Notes: a model not told the origin generated them from the sequence alone. 32,000 bases of DNA from Coprobacillaceae bacterium (GCA_963675915.1 OY780959.1:1560001-1592000); one strand, 5' to 3'. Shown: positions 15,796 to 27,292, numbered from the stretch's first letter. Program-made: numbers and translations.

Positions 15796-16935
15796 TTATG
15801 ATTTGAACCCGCGTTTGAAAGTATCAAAGAAAGACTCTTTCTTTGATGTATCCCGGATTTTTTCATAATGTTCTTTTTCATTTTTGTCAAGTTTGGTCGG
15901 AATTTTCACATTGACTTTGACATACTGGTCACCATAGTTATCTGATCTGATATCTTTGACCCCTTTGCCACGCAGTCTCAAGACTGTTCCCGGTTGAGTT
16001 CCTGCCGGAATTTTAAGTTTGACATCACCGTATACAGTCGGGCAGTCAACTTCACAACCCAAGACCGCATCAGGTACTGAAACCGGAATCTCGATATGGA
16101 TATTTCTTCCATCACGGATGAAATGGCTGTGGGGACGAACCTGGATTTCTACAAACAGATCGCCGTTAGGACCACCATTGCGACCGCGGCCACCTTTGCC
16201 GCTGACACGCAATTGTTGATGCGAGTCAATTCCAGCTGGAATATCCAACTGAACTGTAACTGTCTTGTTGACATATCCTTTACCATGGCATTTCTTACAA
16301 CGGTTTTTGACAGTTTTTCCAGTACCATGACAAGTAGGACATTCAACTTCAGTAAGCACCGTTCCAAAAGGCGAACGGGCCTGTTGCTGAACCGTTCCGC
16401 TACCATGACATTGGGTACATGTTTCCACATCTTCAGGGTTTTCTCCCCCGCTACCATGACAGTGACTACATTGTTCATCATAGGTAACCTTGATGTCTTT
16501 TTTCACTCCATTGATGGCTTCCATAAAATCGATGGTAAGACGCATCAGACGATCTTCACCACGCATCGGTCCGGTATTTCTTCTGCGACGACCACCGCCA
16601 CCAAAGAAAGAACCGAAAATATCACCCAAGTCAACGTCTTCGAATCCGGCTCCGCCAAAGCCACCGAAACCGCCAAAGCCACCGGCCCCGCCAGCTCCTC
16701 CGGCACCTTGTTGGAATGCGGCATGACCATAACGGTCATAAGCGGCCTTTTTGTTGTCATCCGAAAGCACTTCATAGGCTTCACTGACTTCTTTGAACTT
16801 TTCTTCAGCCCCGGCTTCCTTATTCATGTCGGGATGATATTGTTTTGCTTTTTTACGGTAAGCACGCTTTATTTCATCTGCCGTGGCACTCTTTTCGATG
16901 CCAAGGACTTCATAATAATCTCGTTTTTCTGCCAT
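15796..16935 (-). CDS. dnaJ: Molecular chaperone DnaJ (type I)
   Basis: J domain with HPD, a G/F-rich linker, four CxxCxGxG zinc-finger repeats and a C-terminal domain. Confidence 0.95.
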   Translation of the reverse strand: MAEKRDYYEVLGIEKSATADEIKRAYRKKAKQYHPDMNKEAGAEEKFKEVSEAYEVLSDDNKKAAYDRYGHAAFQQGAGGAGGAGGFGGFGGFGGAGFEDVDLGDIFGSFFGGGGRRRRNTGPMRGEDRLMRLTIDFMEAINGVKKDIKVTYDEQCSHCHGSGGENPEDVETCTQCHGSGTVQQQARSPFGTVLTEVECPTCHGTGKTVKNRCKKCHGKGYVNKTVTVQLDIPAGIDSHQQLRVSGKGGRGRNGGPNGDLFVEIQVRPHSHFIRDGRNIHIEIPVSVPDAVLGCEVDCPTVYGDVKLKIPAGTQPGTVLRLRGKGVKDIRSDNYGDQYVKVNVKIPTKLDKNEKEHYEKIRDTSKKESFFDTFKRGFKS

Positions 16936-16953
16936 TGTCTTACCCCTATCCGC

Positions 16954-16981
16954 TTAAAACCAAGGTTGCCCTTGGTCTTAA
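16954..16981 (-). other. Stable stem-loop between dnaK and dnaJ (12-bp stem, GCAA loop)
   Basis: The minus-strand RNA forms uuaagaccaagg-GCAA-ccuugguuuuaa. One pair is G-U on the minus strand and would be A-C on the plus strand. No U tract follows. Confidence 0.55.
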
Positions 16982-17010
16982 GTCGCTAATTATAGTTTAT
17001 TGATTATTGA

Positions 17011-18843
<1,833 letters not shown>

Positions 18844-19386
18844 TTATGCACTAACTTTTACAAGTGACGCGCGAATAACGCGATCTTTTAATTTATATCC
18901 TTTTTGCAATTCCTCAATGATCATTCCCGGTGCGATTCCGTCAACTTCTTCTGACATTACCGCTTGATGGAAGTTCGGATCGAACTCCTGATCTTTGGTT
19001 TCAATCGCTTCAACACCCTCTTTGGCAAGGACGTTTTTAAGTTGATTGTAGATCATCTCATACCCTTTCAGGAATGTAGCAACATCTTCACTTGGGTTTT
19101 CCACTGCCAACGATCTTTCAAAAGAGTCGATCACCGGTAGCAGGTCTTCAATAAACCTTTGCATCATGAACTTCATTGAGTTTGCATGCTCGTTCTGTAA
19201 ACGTCTTTTTACATTTTCCATATCCGCAAATACTTTGTAATATTCATTCTTCCATTTTGCGGCTTCTTGTTCCAATTCAACAATTTTCGTTTCACCGTAA
19301 GCGGCTGGATTTTCAGTTCCGTCAACGATTTCAATTGTTTCCTCTTCCCTTGTTACTTCTTCGTTTTGATTATCCTTATCAGACAT
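18844..19386 (-). CDS. grpE: Nucleotide exchange factor GrpE
   Basis: 180 aa. Acidic N-terminus, coiled coil and a GrpE C-terminal domain. Sits between hrcA and dnaK. Confidence 0.9.
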   Translation of the reverse strand: MSDKDNQNEEVTREEETIEIVDGTENPAAYGETKIVELEQEAAKWKNEYYKVFADMENVKRRLQNEHANSMKFMMQRFIEDLLPVIDSFERSLAVENPSEDVATFLKGYEMIYNQLKNVLAKEGVEAIETKDQEFDPNFHQAVMSEEVDGIAPGMIIEELQKGYKLKDRVIRASLVKVSA

Positions 19387-19397
19387 CTACTTCACCT

Positions 19398-20435
19398 CTA
19401 TTCATCATCATTTTCTTCTTCGTCGCCGATTAGTCTTTCAATACTTTGGCTGACATATTCGACTAACGAAACAACCTTTTCATAAGGCATTCTCGTTGGG
19501 CCGATTACTGCAATCGAACCTTTGGAGTTTGTACCAGATTTGAAATTGGCTGAAACTACAGCAACATCATCAATTTCATTGGCGATGATATTATCACCAA
19601 TTTTAATTGTAACTCCTTCATCATTGTTCAACAGAGCAATATTGTCAAAAAAGTTCGCACTTTCAAAAGCCGAAACCAATTGACGGAGTTTTTCAACATC
19701 GTTGTATTCTGGTTGATACAACATGTTTTCCTTTCCGGATAAATACATCTGGGTTCTCGCGAACTTGACAAATGATTCCAGAAAAGCATTAAACAATTCT
19801 TGATGAGCCTGAACTCGTGACGATAATTTAGGTTTCACATCATATTCCAAACGATAGGCGATATCATCAATCGGCGTGCCAACCAACATGTCATTCATGA
19901 CATTGACACAACTTACCACATCATCAAGATAATCCTGATTATCAACGGCAAATACCTTGTTTTGAACATGTCCTTTCGAAGTGACAATGATCGTTGTGAT
20001 CTGTTCATCACTAAGAGGAACAATCGTTATCCGTTGCAAAGTATCAACCGAAGATTCGCCACCAAGGGCGACAGTCGTCAACGAAGTAACCTCGCTAAGC
20101 ATATTGCAGCACTCTTTGATAACTTCATTAAGCGAACCGGAATGGGCGTTGATGATAGTGCTTATTTGATCCTTGACCACTCTGTCGACATCGATCTTCT
20201 CGAGATTCTCGGTATAGAATCGATATCCTTCCTTGGAAGGAATCCTTCCTGATGAAGTATGGGTCTTGGTCAGATAGCCATTGTTTTCAAGGAAACTCAT
20301 TTCATTTCGAATTGTTGCACTGGAGTAAGGTAGCTGATATTTGGTCATCAATGTCTTGGAACCAACTGGTTCTGCCGTCTCGACAAATTCCTCTACTATA
20401 CATTTAAAAATAAGCAATTGTCTTTGCGTCAACAT
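19398..20435 (-). CDS. hrcA: Heat-inducible transcription repressor HrcA
   Basis: 345 aa. N-terminal winged HTH (LTQRQLLIFKCIVEEFVETAEPVGSKTL). First gene of the hrcA-grpE-dnaK-dnaJ operon, preceded by CIRCE operators. Confidence 0.92.
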   Translation of the reverse strand: MLTQRQLLIFKCIVEEFVETAEPVGSKTLMTKYQLPYSSATIRNEMSFLENNGYLTKTHTSSGRIPSKEGYRFYTENLEKIDVDRVVKDQISTIINAHSGSLNEVIKECCNMLSEVTSLTTVALGGESSVDTLQRITIVPLSDEQITTIIVTSKGHVQNKVFAVDNQDYLDDVVSCVNVMNDMLVGTPIDDIAYRLEYDVKPKLSSRVQAHQELFNAFLESFVKFARTQMYLSGKENMLYQPEYNDVEKLRQLVSAFESANFFDNIALLNNDEGVTIKIGDNIIANEIDDVAVVSANFKSGTNSKGSIAVIGPTRMPYEKVVSLVEYVSQSIERLIGDEEENDDE

Positions 20436-20448
20436 AGATGCACCTCCT

Positions 20449-20475
20449 TTAGCACTCCCATTTCCTTTGTGCTAA
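20449..20475. promoter_or_regulatory. CIRCE operator 1 (HrcA binding site), in the 5' UTR next to the SD
   Basis: TTAGCACTC-N9-TTGTGCTAA, against the consensus TTAGCACTC-N9-GAGTGCTAA. Confidence 0.85.
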
Positions 20476-20479
20476 CTAT

Positions 20480-20507
20480 ATTATACATATATATTTAGCA
20501 CTGTCAA
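20480..20507 (-). promoter_or_regulatory. Sigma-A promoter of the hrcA operon (TTGACA-16-TATAAT)
   Basis: On the minus strand, ttgaca at 20507-20502 (inside CIRCE 2), a 16-nt spacer, then tataat at 20485-20480. Confidence 0.7.
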
Positions 20508-20521
20508 CATTATTGTGCTAA
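20495..20521. promoter_or_regulatory. CIRCE operator 2, overlapping the -35 box
   Basis: TTAGCACTG-N9-TTGTGCTAA. Confidence 0.8.
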
Positions 20522-20554
20522 AAACGAAAAAAAGTAGACTAGAGAAAGTCTACT
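20522..20554 (-). terminator. Intrinsic terminator after hemW
   Basis: Stem agtagact/agtctact (8 bp, 6-nt loop), followed by UUUUUUUCGUUUU on the minus strand. The stem includes the hemW stop codon. Confidence 0.8.
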
Positions 20555-21627
20555 AAGATTCCATTCAAATTATTGTGAGCCTGATCGCTCAAACGCAGAT
20601 ATCCATCGACGACAAAGATGTCGCACTCCAAATGCTCATTGAACGCCTTTTGATAAACCTCGAAGATATCGACATCATGACGCTGGTTGAAATTCGCAAT
20701 ATCGATTCCTTTTTTGAGCCGGAAATTCATCATCAGGTGATTGAACATCGTGTCCGCTTTGGTCAGGACTTCGATTTCCTGAATATTTTCCCCGGCAATG
20801 TATTTATGGATGTTGCGATTATTAGCAATCATCCGGTCATCGATCTTACTTGTCGCCCCGATTCCAACACCATAATAATTTTCATAAAGCCAGTAGGCCA
20901 GATTATGACGCGACTCAGATCCCGGCCGGGCATAGTTGGAAACTTCATAATGACCATATCCGTTTTTTTCCAGGAAACCGTTGATCAAATCGGTTATCGC
21001 CCCTGCGCTGTCATCATCAAGCTCAGGATAATCAGCCCCGGAAATCACCGTATGCGGTTCGATAATCAGACTGTAATAAGAAAGATGGGGCAGATCCAGG
21101 GCCAATAATTCGGCCAAGTCCTTTTCAACATCCTCAATGATCTGGTTTTTCAACCCGTACATCAGATCGATATTGATATTGGTTATTCCAGCCGCCTTGA
21201 GATTGTTGACAACCTTGAATACCATCTCCCGGTCATGAACCCGTCCCAGATCCGCAACAATTGAATCATTGAAACTTTGCACCCCCAGGGACACCCGGTT
21301 GACCCGATGTTTTTTAAGCAGGGCGATTTTTTCTGACGTCAGTGATTCCGGATTGGCTTCAAAGGAATATTCTTCAACCACTTTTGCGTACTCATCCAGA
21401 CCAAGAAGCAACCGCTCAAGCTGATTGCAATCAAGTGCCGAAGGCGTCCCTCCGCCGATATAGATGGTTTTAAGATTTTTATTGTTTACCCTTTTGTGCA
21501 ATTCATCCATCAGGCGGTCAAGATAGCGTTCGACCAGTTGCCTGTCATAATAGAGCTTGGCAAAATCACAATAAGAACAGATGTTGTCACAAAAAGGAAT
21601 ATGAACATACAAACTTTCAGTCTTCAT
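20539..21627 (-). CDS. hemW: Radical SAM heme chaperone HemW (HemN-like, oxygen-independent coproporphyrinogen oxidase family)
   Basis: A CxxxCxxC radical SAM motif (CDNICSYCDF) near the N-terminus, in the conserved position upstream of hrcA. ATG 21627 preferred over TTG 21630. Overlaps the sdaA 3' end. Confidence 0.85.
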   Translation of the reverse strand: MKTESLYVHIPFCDNICSYCDFAKLYYDRQLVERYLDRLMDELHKRVNNKNLKTIYIGGGTPSALDCNQLERLLLGLDEYAKVVEEYSFEANPESLTSEKIALLKKHRVNRVSLGVQSFNDSIVADLGRVHDREMVFKVVNNLKAAGITNINIDLMYGLKNQIIEDVEKDLAELLALDLPHLSYYSLIIEPHTVISGADYPELDDDSAGAITDLINGFLEKNGYGHYEVSNYARPGSESRHNLAYWLYENYYGVGIGATSKIDDRMIANNRNIHKYIAGENIQEIEVLTKADTMFNHLMMNFRLKKGIDIANFNQRHDVDIFEVYQKAFNEHLECDIFVVDGYLRLSDQAHNNLNGILVDFL

Positions 21628-22828
21628 CAATAATCAGCTCCTGAGCCAAACCTCCAAGCGACGTTTCCTTGTAGGCCGAACTCAGATCCTTTCCGGTATT
21701 CTTCATAACATTGATCACTGCATCCAAAGCCACCCGGTTTTGTCTTAAATAGCCAAGTTGTTTGGCATACATCGCCGCATCGACCGCCCGCAAAGCTGCA
21801 AAGCCGTTGCGCTCGATACAGGGAATCTGAACATATCCACCAACCGGATCGCAAGTGAGACCGAGGTTGTGTTCCAGCCCCATCTCAGCCGCGTACTCGA
21901 TCAAGCCATTGTTCAATTCCAACAACCAGGCCACCCCGGCCGCGGCCATGGCACAAGCCGAACCAATTTCCGCCTGACAGCCTCCATCAGCTCCGGAGAT
22001 GGTTGCATTGTGTTTGATGACATTTCCGACTATCCCCATTACGCAAAGCGCTTGAATCAAATCGGTCATTTCCACATTTTCATTTCGATAATAATAATAC
22101 AGGATTGCCGGAATAACTCCGCTTGCCCCGCAAGTAGGAGCTGTCACAATCCGGTTTCCTGATGCATTTTGCTCGGTTACCGCATATGAATAGGCCGAAA
22201 TCAACAGCCGTTTGCGGTCGCTCCGATTCCGGGTATTGAGAGCATGTTGATAAATTGATTTAGCCACCCTTTTCAACCGTAATTTCCCTGGCAATTCACC
22301 TTCAACTTTAAGACCCTGTTCAACCGATTCAAACATTGTCTCAAGTACTTGGGTAAGATATTCATCGAGATCGTCACCCTCGAATTGATGGGCATATTCA
22401 CTGATGGAAATCCCCCGGCTTTCGATATAATCCTTGATCTCTTTGAAATTACTTTGAGGATACACCTGCCTGACCTGACTTTGCGACTGCCCCTCAAAAA
22501 CAATAGTCCCACCCCCGATGGAGTAGACCAGTTCCTCGCCAAGCAACAGGTCACCATCGAAGATCTCGAATTTCATGGCATTGGGATGAAATTCCAGGAA
22601 TTCACGGTCGAAGATGATTTTGCAATTCTCCGCTTTGAAAACCCTGATGATTGCCTCGTCAGTTAGATGGCCCTTGCCAGTCAGCGAAAGCGAACCATAT
22701 AAAGTGACCTGATAAAATTTATCAGGTCCGTATTTCTCCAACATTATTTTTGCCGCCCGGTTGGGTCCCATCGTATGTGAAGATGAGGGTCCCAATCCGA
22801 TTTTAAACAGTTCCTTGATTGATTCCAT
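21617..22828 (-). CDS. sdaA: L-serine ammonia-lyase (single-chain iron-sulfur L-serine dehydratase)
   Basis: 403 aa. N-terminal FKIGLGPSSSHTMGP, plus APTCGASGVIPA, GGCQAEIGSACAMAA and LGLTCDPVGGYVQIPCIERN motifs. Confidence 0.85.
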   Translation of the reverse strand: MESIKELFKIGLGPSSSHTMGPNRAAKIMLEKYGPDKFYQVTLYGSLSLTGKGHLTDEAIIRVFKAENCKIIFDREFLEFHPNAMKFEIFDGDLLLGEELVYSIGGGTIVFEGQSQSQVRQVYPQSNFKEIKDYIESRGISISEYAHQFEGDDLDEYLTQVLETMFESVEQGLKVEGELPGKLRLKRVAKSIYQHALNTRNRSDRKRLLISAYSYAVTEQNASGNRIVTAPTCGASGVIPAILYYYYRNENVEMTDLIQALCVMGIVGNVIKHNATISGADGGCQAEIGSACAMAAAGVAWLLELNNGLIEYAAEMGLEHNLGLTCDPVGGYVQIPCIERNGFAALRAVDAAMYAKQLGYLRQNRVALDAVINVMKNTGKDLSSAYKETSLGGLAQELIIDED

Positions 22829-22831
22829 TTC

Positions 22832-23782
22832 CTATATTTTCAATAAAAACAACTCAAACCCGAGTCGCTTATCGATTCTCCCCGTTTTAATTTGATAGTC
22901 CAGGTTAGCCAGATGATTGAGCAATTCCTGAATTTTAGCCAGTTCAAATGAATTCGAATCCTGGCGGATATACTTTAAGCGGAAGCGATTGATTTTAAGC
23001 ATCTTGGCTATTTCCCCGTCATTATAACCTTTGCGGTCCAGCAAGGTCACATCATAGAGCAACCTTAAGGCATTAGCCAACAGGACAATCAGTTTGATCG
23101 GCTCTTCGTTGAGAACCATCAAATCCTGATAAAGACTCATCATTTTAACCCGATCCTTTTTCAAAATCGCACCCTGCAGTTCGAAGATGTTTTCTTCAAG
23201 TGGTTTGTGGACAATCTGATTGACCGCCTCTACATCGATTTCCTTGGTATAAAGGGTCAATTTTTCTACTGTCGCCACCGCTTCAAGCAAACCGCCCTTG
23301 TGGCGTGACAAAAGCAGATGCAGCGCATCATCAGTGATTGTCGCATTTCGCGCCCTGATTGACTGACGATAACTGTCGGAAAGCTTCTGATGAGTCAGAT
23401 GATTGAATTTATATATTTTCGCCTTTTCTTTGAGTTCTTTGACAATTTTCTTGCGTTCATCAAGTTTTTCAGCGTTAAGATACAAAACCAGATGGGTTCT
23501 TTCATCGGTCAGTTCGAGACAACGGGCCAACTTGGCCATGTCGATTTCATTTTTGACTTTCTTACCAGTCAAAAAATAAGGGTTCTTGAGCAACACCAGT
23601 TTGTTTTCCGCCAGAAAAGAAGGCGTAGCCAGATCCTGGACCACTTCCTCAAGGTCCGTGTCATCAAGATGATATGTGCTGAAATTAAGCAGTTCATCCC
23701 GGCAATTCAGTTTTTTCTTGATACTGGCCAATTGTTTTTCCATCAGGAAATTTTCCACACCATAGATTAAAAATATCATCAT
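22832..23782 (-). CDS. holA: DNA polymerase III delta subunit
   Basis: 316 aa with HolA-like length and N-terminus (IYGVENFL). In the conserved position just downstream of comEC. Confidence 0.75.
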   Translation of the reverse strand: MMIFLIYGVENFLMEKQLASIKKKLNCRDELLNFSTYHLDDTDLEEVVQDLATPSFLAENKLVLLKNPYFLTGKKVKNEIDMAKLARCLELTDERTHLVLYLNAEKLDERKKIVKELKEKAKIYKFNHLTHQKLSDSYRQSIRARNATITDDALHLLLSRHKGGLLEAVATVEKLTLYTKEIDVEAVNQIVHKPLEENIFELQGAILKKDRVKMMSLYQDLMVLNEEPIKLIVLLANALRLLYDVTLLDRKGYNDGEIAKMLKINRFRLKYIRQDSNSFELAKIQELLNHLANLDYQIKTGRIDKRLGFELFLLKI

Positions 23783-23822
23783 CTCACCTCGCTATCAAGT
23801 ATATCATAATAACCCTGATAAA

Positions 23823-25838
23823 TCATTCACTTCTTGTCAGTTTCGGGTGGATCAAATTGGCCATATCAGGAAAATATTTGATCGATACTCCACCATCAAC
23901 ATCACTCTGATAAATCCGGACCCCATAACTTGACAGGTTGTTTTGCACTTCCAAAGCGGGGTGGTGATAAGGGTTGTTGGCCCCCACCGATATCAAAGCG
24001 ACCTTGGGCTGGTAGTGCCGGATAAATTCCGGACCGGTTGCTGTGTTCGAACCATGATGGGATACCTTGAGCACGTCGACCTCAAGATTCGGGTATTTTT
24101 CAACAATCTCGTGTTCAACCCTTTGGGAAATATCACCGGTAAAAAGATATCCGACATTATTGATGGTTGCCTGAAACACCAGGGAATTGTCATTTTTATC
24201 CTGATACTGGCCTAATTCAAGGAAATTAAGTGCAACCTTACCAAGATGAAGTTCCGGCGGGATAGTCGTGATCGTTTCCCCAATATCAATTCGCTTTGCC
24301 AGGGACGGGTAGCTTCCCGCATGGTCGAAATCATCATGAGTGATGATCACATAATCAAGATGATGGATTCCCAGTGACCGCAGATAAGGCTCAATTACAT
24401 TATCAGCCAAATCAAAATTGCGATTCCCGCCGGTATCCACCAGGACATTACCCTGATTGAAAGGTTCACTGATCAAAAAGCAATCACCCTGACCGACATC
24501 AATCATCGCCACTTGGCCATAGGGCGAATAAACACACAACAAACTATACCCGATCGTCAACAGGACCAAATCAAAACCGGCTTTTAATGGTGAAAGCGCC
24601 GCTTTGAGTGCCAGAATCAGCTGAAAATACCGGTAATAATACAAACCCAAAAACAACAGACTTGGCTGGGCAAAATTGATGAAGATTGAAAGTTCCCCCG
24701 CCAGGGAAATGATGTTTCCAAATACCTCGCTAAAAACGCCAATCAGGCCACCAAGGTGGCCGGAAAGAAAAGTATAACCAAGGACCGCCAGATAAAATCC
24801 CTCGACCAGTGGGGCCAAAACCGGGGCCAAAACCACAGCAAGCAGATTGATCCGATAATTGGTAGCAATAACGATGGGAACCGTGCCCAGAAAAACCACC
24901 ACATCGGTATACTTGCAGTTTTGAAGCAATAAAATGAACAGATAGATCGTGAAAGAAAAAATGAAACCGAGATTATGGACCACCTCGGGATTTTTAATGA
25001 TCAGGGCCAGGGTGATTATCGCCAGACAATCCAGCTTGGTGAAACGGCTGCCGCAAGCATAGCCCAACAGTCCAACTCCCAGCGCCCGGGCAAAGGCAAT
25101 ATTCTCCGGAATGTTGGCGAGATAGAATCCAATGATCAGATAACAAAACAAATCAACTTGATGACCCGGAACAACCAATCGGAGCACCCGGGCCAGGATT
25201 TTCTTTAGATATTCCAGATGCATCCCGGATAGGGCGACCAGATGAATTATCGAAAGATTAACCAGACTGGCAGTATCGATATTATCATCCTTGATTCCCA
25301 ACACAAACATCCGGGCATAACTGTTTTCCACCGTATCAGCTTCAAGCCGTTCAATCAGATAATCACCGAGGTAATAGTGTTGCTCGAGCAACAGGGCCTC
25401 ATCCATCCAGCCAACCTGATTGATTCCTTTAGAGGCCAGATACTTCGAATAATCGAAACTGTTTTCATTGTTATAACTGTCCTGTTCCATTGGCTCCAGG
25501 GTAATTCCAACCTCATCTCCATAGGTGAAGTCGGCCCTATCGAAATAGACCAGCACTTTGGCTCGCCGGGTCTGGATGATTGCCTGATTTTCCTCAATCG
25601 CCACCACTTTACCCAACACCTCGGCTTCAAAATCATGGTCAATCCGGTTGGAAGCGACCGAAATCATCACCACCATTACCACTACAGCTGCGACCTTATA
25701 ATCAATTTCAATTTTTGTCAGCTTCAAAAAAATAAGATACAAGATGAAACCACCCAGGAACATCGGATTGTCAACCAGCGTCAAATCGATAATAACGGCC
25801 AGGATAATGTAGAATATCAGACTGTTTTTCAAATACAT
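23823..25838 (-). CDS. comEC: DNA internalization competence protein ComEC/Rec2
   Basis: 671 aa. A polytopic membrane core plus a C-terminal metallo-beta-lactamase domain (ITHDDFDHAG ... SHHGS). Confidence 0.88.
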   Translation of the reverse strand: MYLKNSLIFYIILAVIIDLTLVDNPMFLGGFILYLIFLKLTKIEIDYKVAAVVVMVVMISVASNRIDHDFEAEVLGKVVAIEENQAIIQTRRAKVLVYFDRADFTYGDEVGITLEPMEQDSYNNENSFDYSKYLASKGINQVGWMDEALLLEQHYYLGDYLIERLEADTVENSYARMFVLGIKDDNIDTASLVNLSIIHLVALSGMHLEYLKKILARVLRLVVPGHQVDLFCYLIIGFYLANIPENIAFARALGVGLLGYACGSRFTKLDCLAIITLALIIKNPEVVHNLGFIFSFTIYLFILLLQNCKYTDVVVFLGTVPIVIATNYRINLLAVVLAPVLAPLVEGFYLAVLGYTFLSGHLGGLIGVFSEVFGNIISLAGELSIFINFAQPSLLFLGLYYYRYFQLILALKAALSPLKAGFDLVLLTIGYSLLCVYSPYGQVAMIDVGQGDCFLISEPFNQGNVLVDTGGNRNFDLADNVIEPYLRSLGIHHLDYVIITHDDFDHAGSYPSLAKRIDIGETITTIPPELHLGKVALNFLELGQYQDKNDNSLVFQATINNVGYLFTGDISQRVEHEIVEKYPNLEVDVLKVSHHGSNTATGPEFIRHYQPKVALISVGANNPYHHPALEVQNNLSSYGVRIYQSDVDGGVSIKYFPDMANLIHPKLTRSE

Positions 25839-26287
25839 AGCCGCTCACGGAGTTTCAGATAGGTCTTTTCTCCAATTCCCTTTATTTTCATGATGTCTTC
25901 AATCGTCTCAAAGCCGGCAGTATTGCGATAATCGATGATTTTTTTGGCGGTTACCGCACCGATCCCTTTGAGCGTCTGCAACTTCTCAAAAGAGGCCTCG
26001 CTAAGCGAAATCAAATCAGGATCGCTGTTTAGATAGAGCAACTGATTGTTTTGCAACTCCATCCCCTCATCCAAGCCGTAGTTGTTTTCAATTCCCAAAC
26101 AAGTGAAAAGATCATCAACTTTGGGAACATGATCAAATGTCAAAGTCTCACTGACATCACCTTCCACCGTTACCGTTATTTCCATTGATGAACCAGCTGA
26201 CTCAACTGAACCATCGCTTTTTTGATAATCATACAGAGCCGAAGAGATTACCAAAAATATCAAGGCGAGATACTTTAATTTTTGCAT
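25829..26287 (-). CDS. comEA: Competence protein ComEA (membrane-anchored helix-hairpin-helix DNA receptor)
   Basis: 152 aa. N-terminal TM segment and C-terminal tandem HhH (LKGIGAVTAKKI, IKGIGEKTYLKL). Overlaps the comEC start by 10 nt. Confidence 0.8.
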   Translation of the reverse strand: MQKLKYLALIFLVISSALYDYQKSDGSVESAGSSMEITVTVEGDVSETLTFDHVPKVDDLFTCLGIENNYGLDEGMELQNNQLLYLNSDPDLISLSEASFEKLQTLKGIGAVTAKKIIDYRNTAGFETIEDIMKIKGIGEKTYLKLRERLCI

Positions 26288-26311
26288 AAAAAAAAGAGAG
26301 GATTACTCTCT
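26288..26311 (-). terminator. Weak intrinsic terminator at the ruvB stop, abutting the comEA start codon
   Basis: The minus-strand RNA forms aagagag-uaauc-cucucuu (7 bp, includes the ruvB UAA), then U6, then the comEA AUG. Confidence 0.4.
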
Positions 26312-27292
26312 TGATATTTTCAAATGATGATATGCTTCATCGGTAACCAAACGGCCCCTTGGTGTTCTTTTGATAAATCCGATTTGAAGCAGATACGGCT
26401 CGTAAACATCTTCCAGGGTAGTTGATTCCTCGCCGATTGAAGCTGCAATGGCCTCAAGTCCGACCGGACCACCTTGAAAACGTTCGATTATCCCCATCAG
26501 GTATTTGTGATCGACATCATCAAGACCCCGATCATCGACCTTGAGGCATTCCAATGCCTGCAATGTCCGCTGATAAGTGATGCAAGGATCATCATAGAAA
26601 GTGACGAAATCCCGAACCCTTCTAAACAGACGGTTGGCAATCCGGGGTGTTCCCCGGGAACGCTTCGCTAATTCTTGTTGGGCTTCGACTTCCATTTCCA
26701 TTTCATATACCCGGCTGGTTCGTTCGACGATTCTGACCAGTTCATCCACATTATAATATTGTAGTTTCGAGATAATCCCGAAACGATCACGCAAAGGCGA
26801 TGACAGGTCTCCGGCTCTGGTGGTAGCTCCGACCAGGGTGAAAGGCGGCAGGTCAATTCTAACCGAACGGGAAGTGGCATCTTTGCCGATAACCACATCC
26901 ACACAGAAATCTTCCATGGCCGGATAAAGAATCTCTTCCACAACTTTATTGAGACGGTGAATTTCATCGATGAAGAGGACATCCCCCGGCTGAAGCGAGG
27001 TCAAAATGGCAACAAGATCTCCGGTTTTTTCAATACTAGGTCCGGTCGTAATCTTGATATTGGTCCCCATCTCGTTGGCAATAATCATCGACATTGTCGT
27101 TTTACCAAGACCGGGTGGACCATAGAGCAGGACATGATCGAGTGACTCGTCACGCATCTTGGCCGCCGTGACAAAAATCGACAAATTTTGTTTCAGATCG
27201 GTCTGACCCACATATTCCTCGAAGGTCGCCGGGCGGAGACTGCTTTCCTCCTCGGTCACAATATTCACATCAATTGCGTCATTTCTTTCCAT
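26303..27292 (-). CDS. ruvB: Holliday junction branch migration helicase RuvB
   Basis: 329 aa. AAA+ Walker [10 protein letters not shown] and Walker [10 protein letters not shown]. Confidence 0.95.
   Translation of the reverse strand: MERNDAIDVNIVTEEESSLRPATFEEYVGQTDLKQNLSIFVTAAKMRDESLDHVLLYGPPGLGKTTMSMIIANEMGTNIKITTGPSIEKTGDLVAILTSLQPGDVLFIDEIHRLNKVVEEILYPAMEDFCVDVVIGKDATSRSVRIDLPPFTLVGATTRAGDLSSPLRDRFGIISKLQYYNVDELVRIVERTSRVYEMEMEVEAQQELAKRSRGTPRIANRLFRRVRDFVTFYDDPCITYQRTLQALECLKVDDRGLDDVDHKYLMGIIERFQGGPVGLEAIAASIGEESTTLEDVYEPYLLQIGFIKRTPRGRLVTDEAYHHLKISRE

Noticed and set aside
15702-15890. A 62-aa minus-strand ORF overlapping the dnaJ 3' end, and a 77-aa ORF at 27960-28193 overlapping the obg 3' end and terminator.
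   Set aside because: Neither has an SD. Both overlap conserved genes or terminators out of frame and have no recognisable motif.
16575-16705. A repetitive GGN/TTY-rich stretch that looks like a tandem DNA repeat.
   Set aside because: It encodes the glycine/phenylalanine-rich linker of DnaJ ([22 protein letters not shown]...GGGG). It is a coding low-complexity region, not a CRISPR or satellite repeat.
16096-16989. 297-aa ORF on the plus strand. Similar long plus-strand ORFs occur at 3049-3588, 5808-6215, 7899-8441, 9348-9809, 20575-21108, 25242-25862 and 27360-27875.
   Set aside because: Each lies entirely antisense to a well-supported conserved gene (dnaJ, tyrA, plsX, recG, yloV, hemW, comEC, ruvA). 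They have no SD, show low-complexity or odd composition, and look like frame shadows of the real genes.
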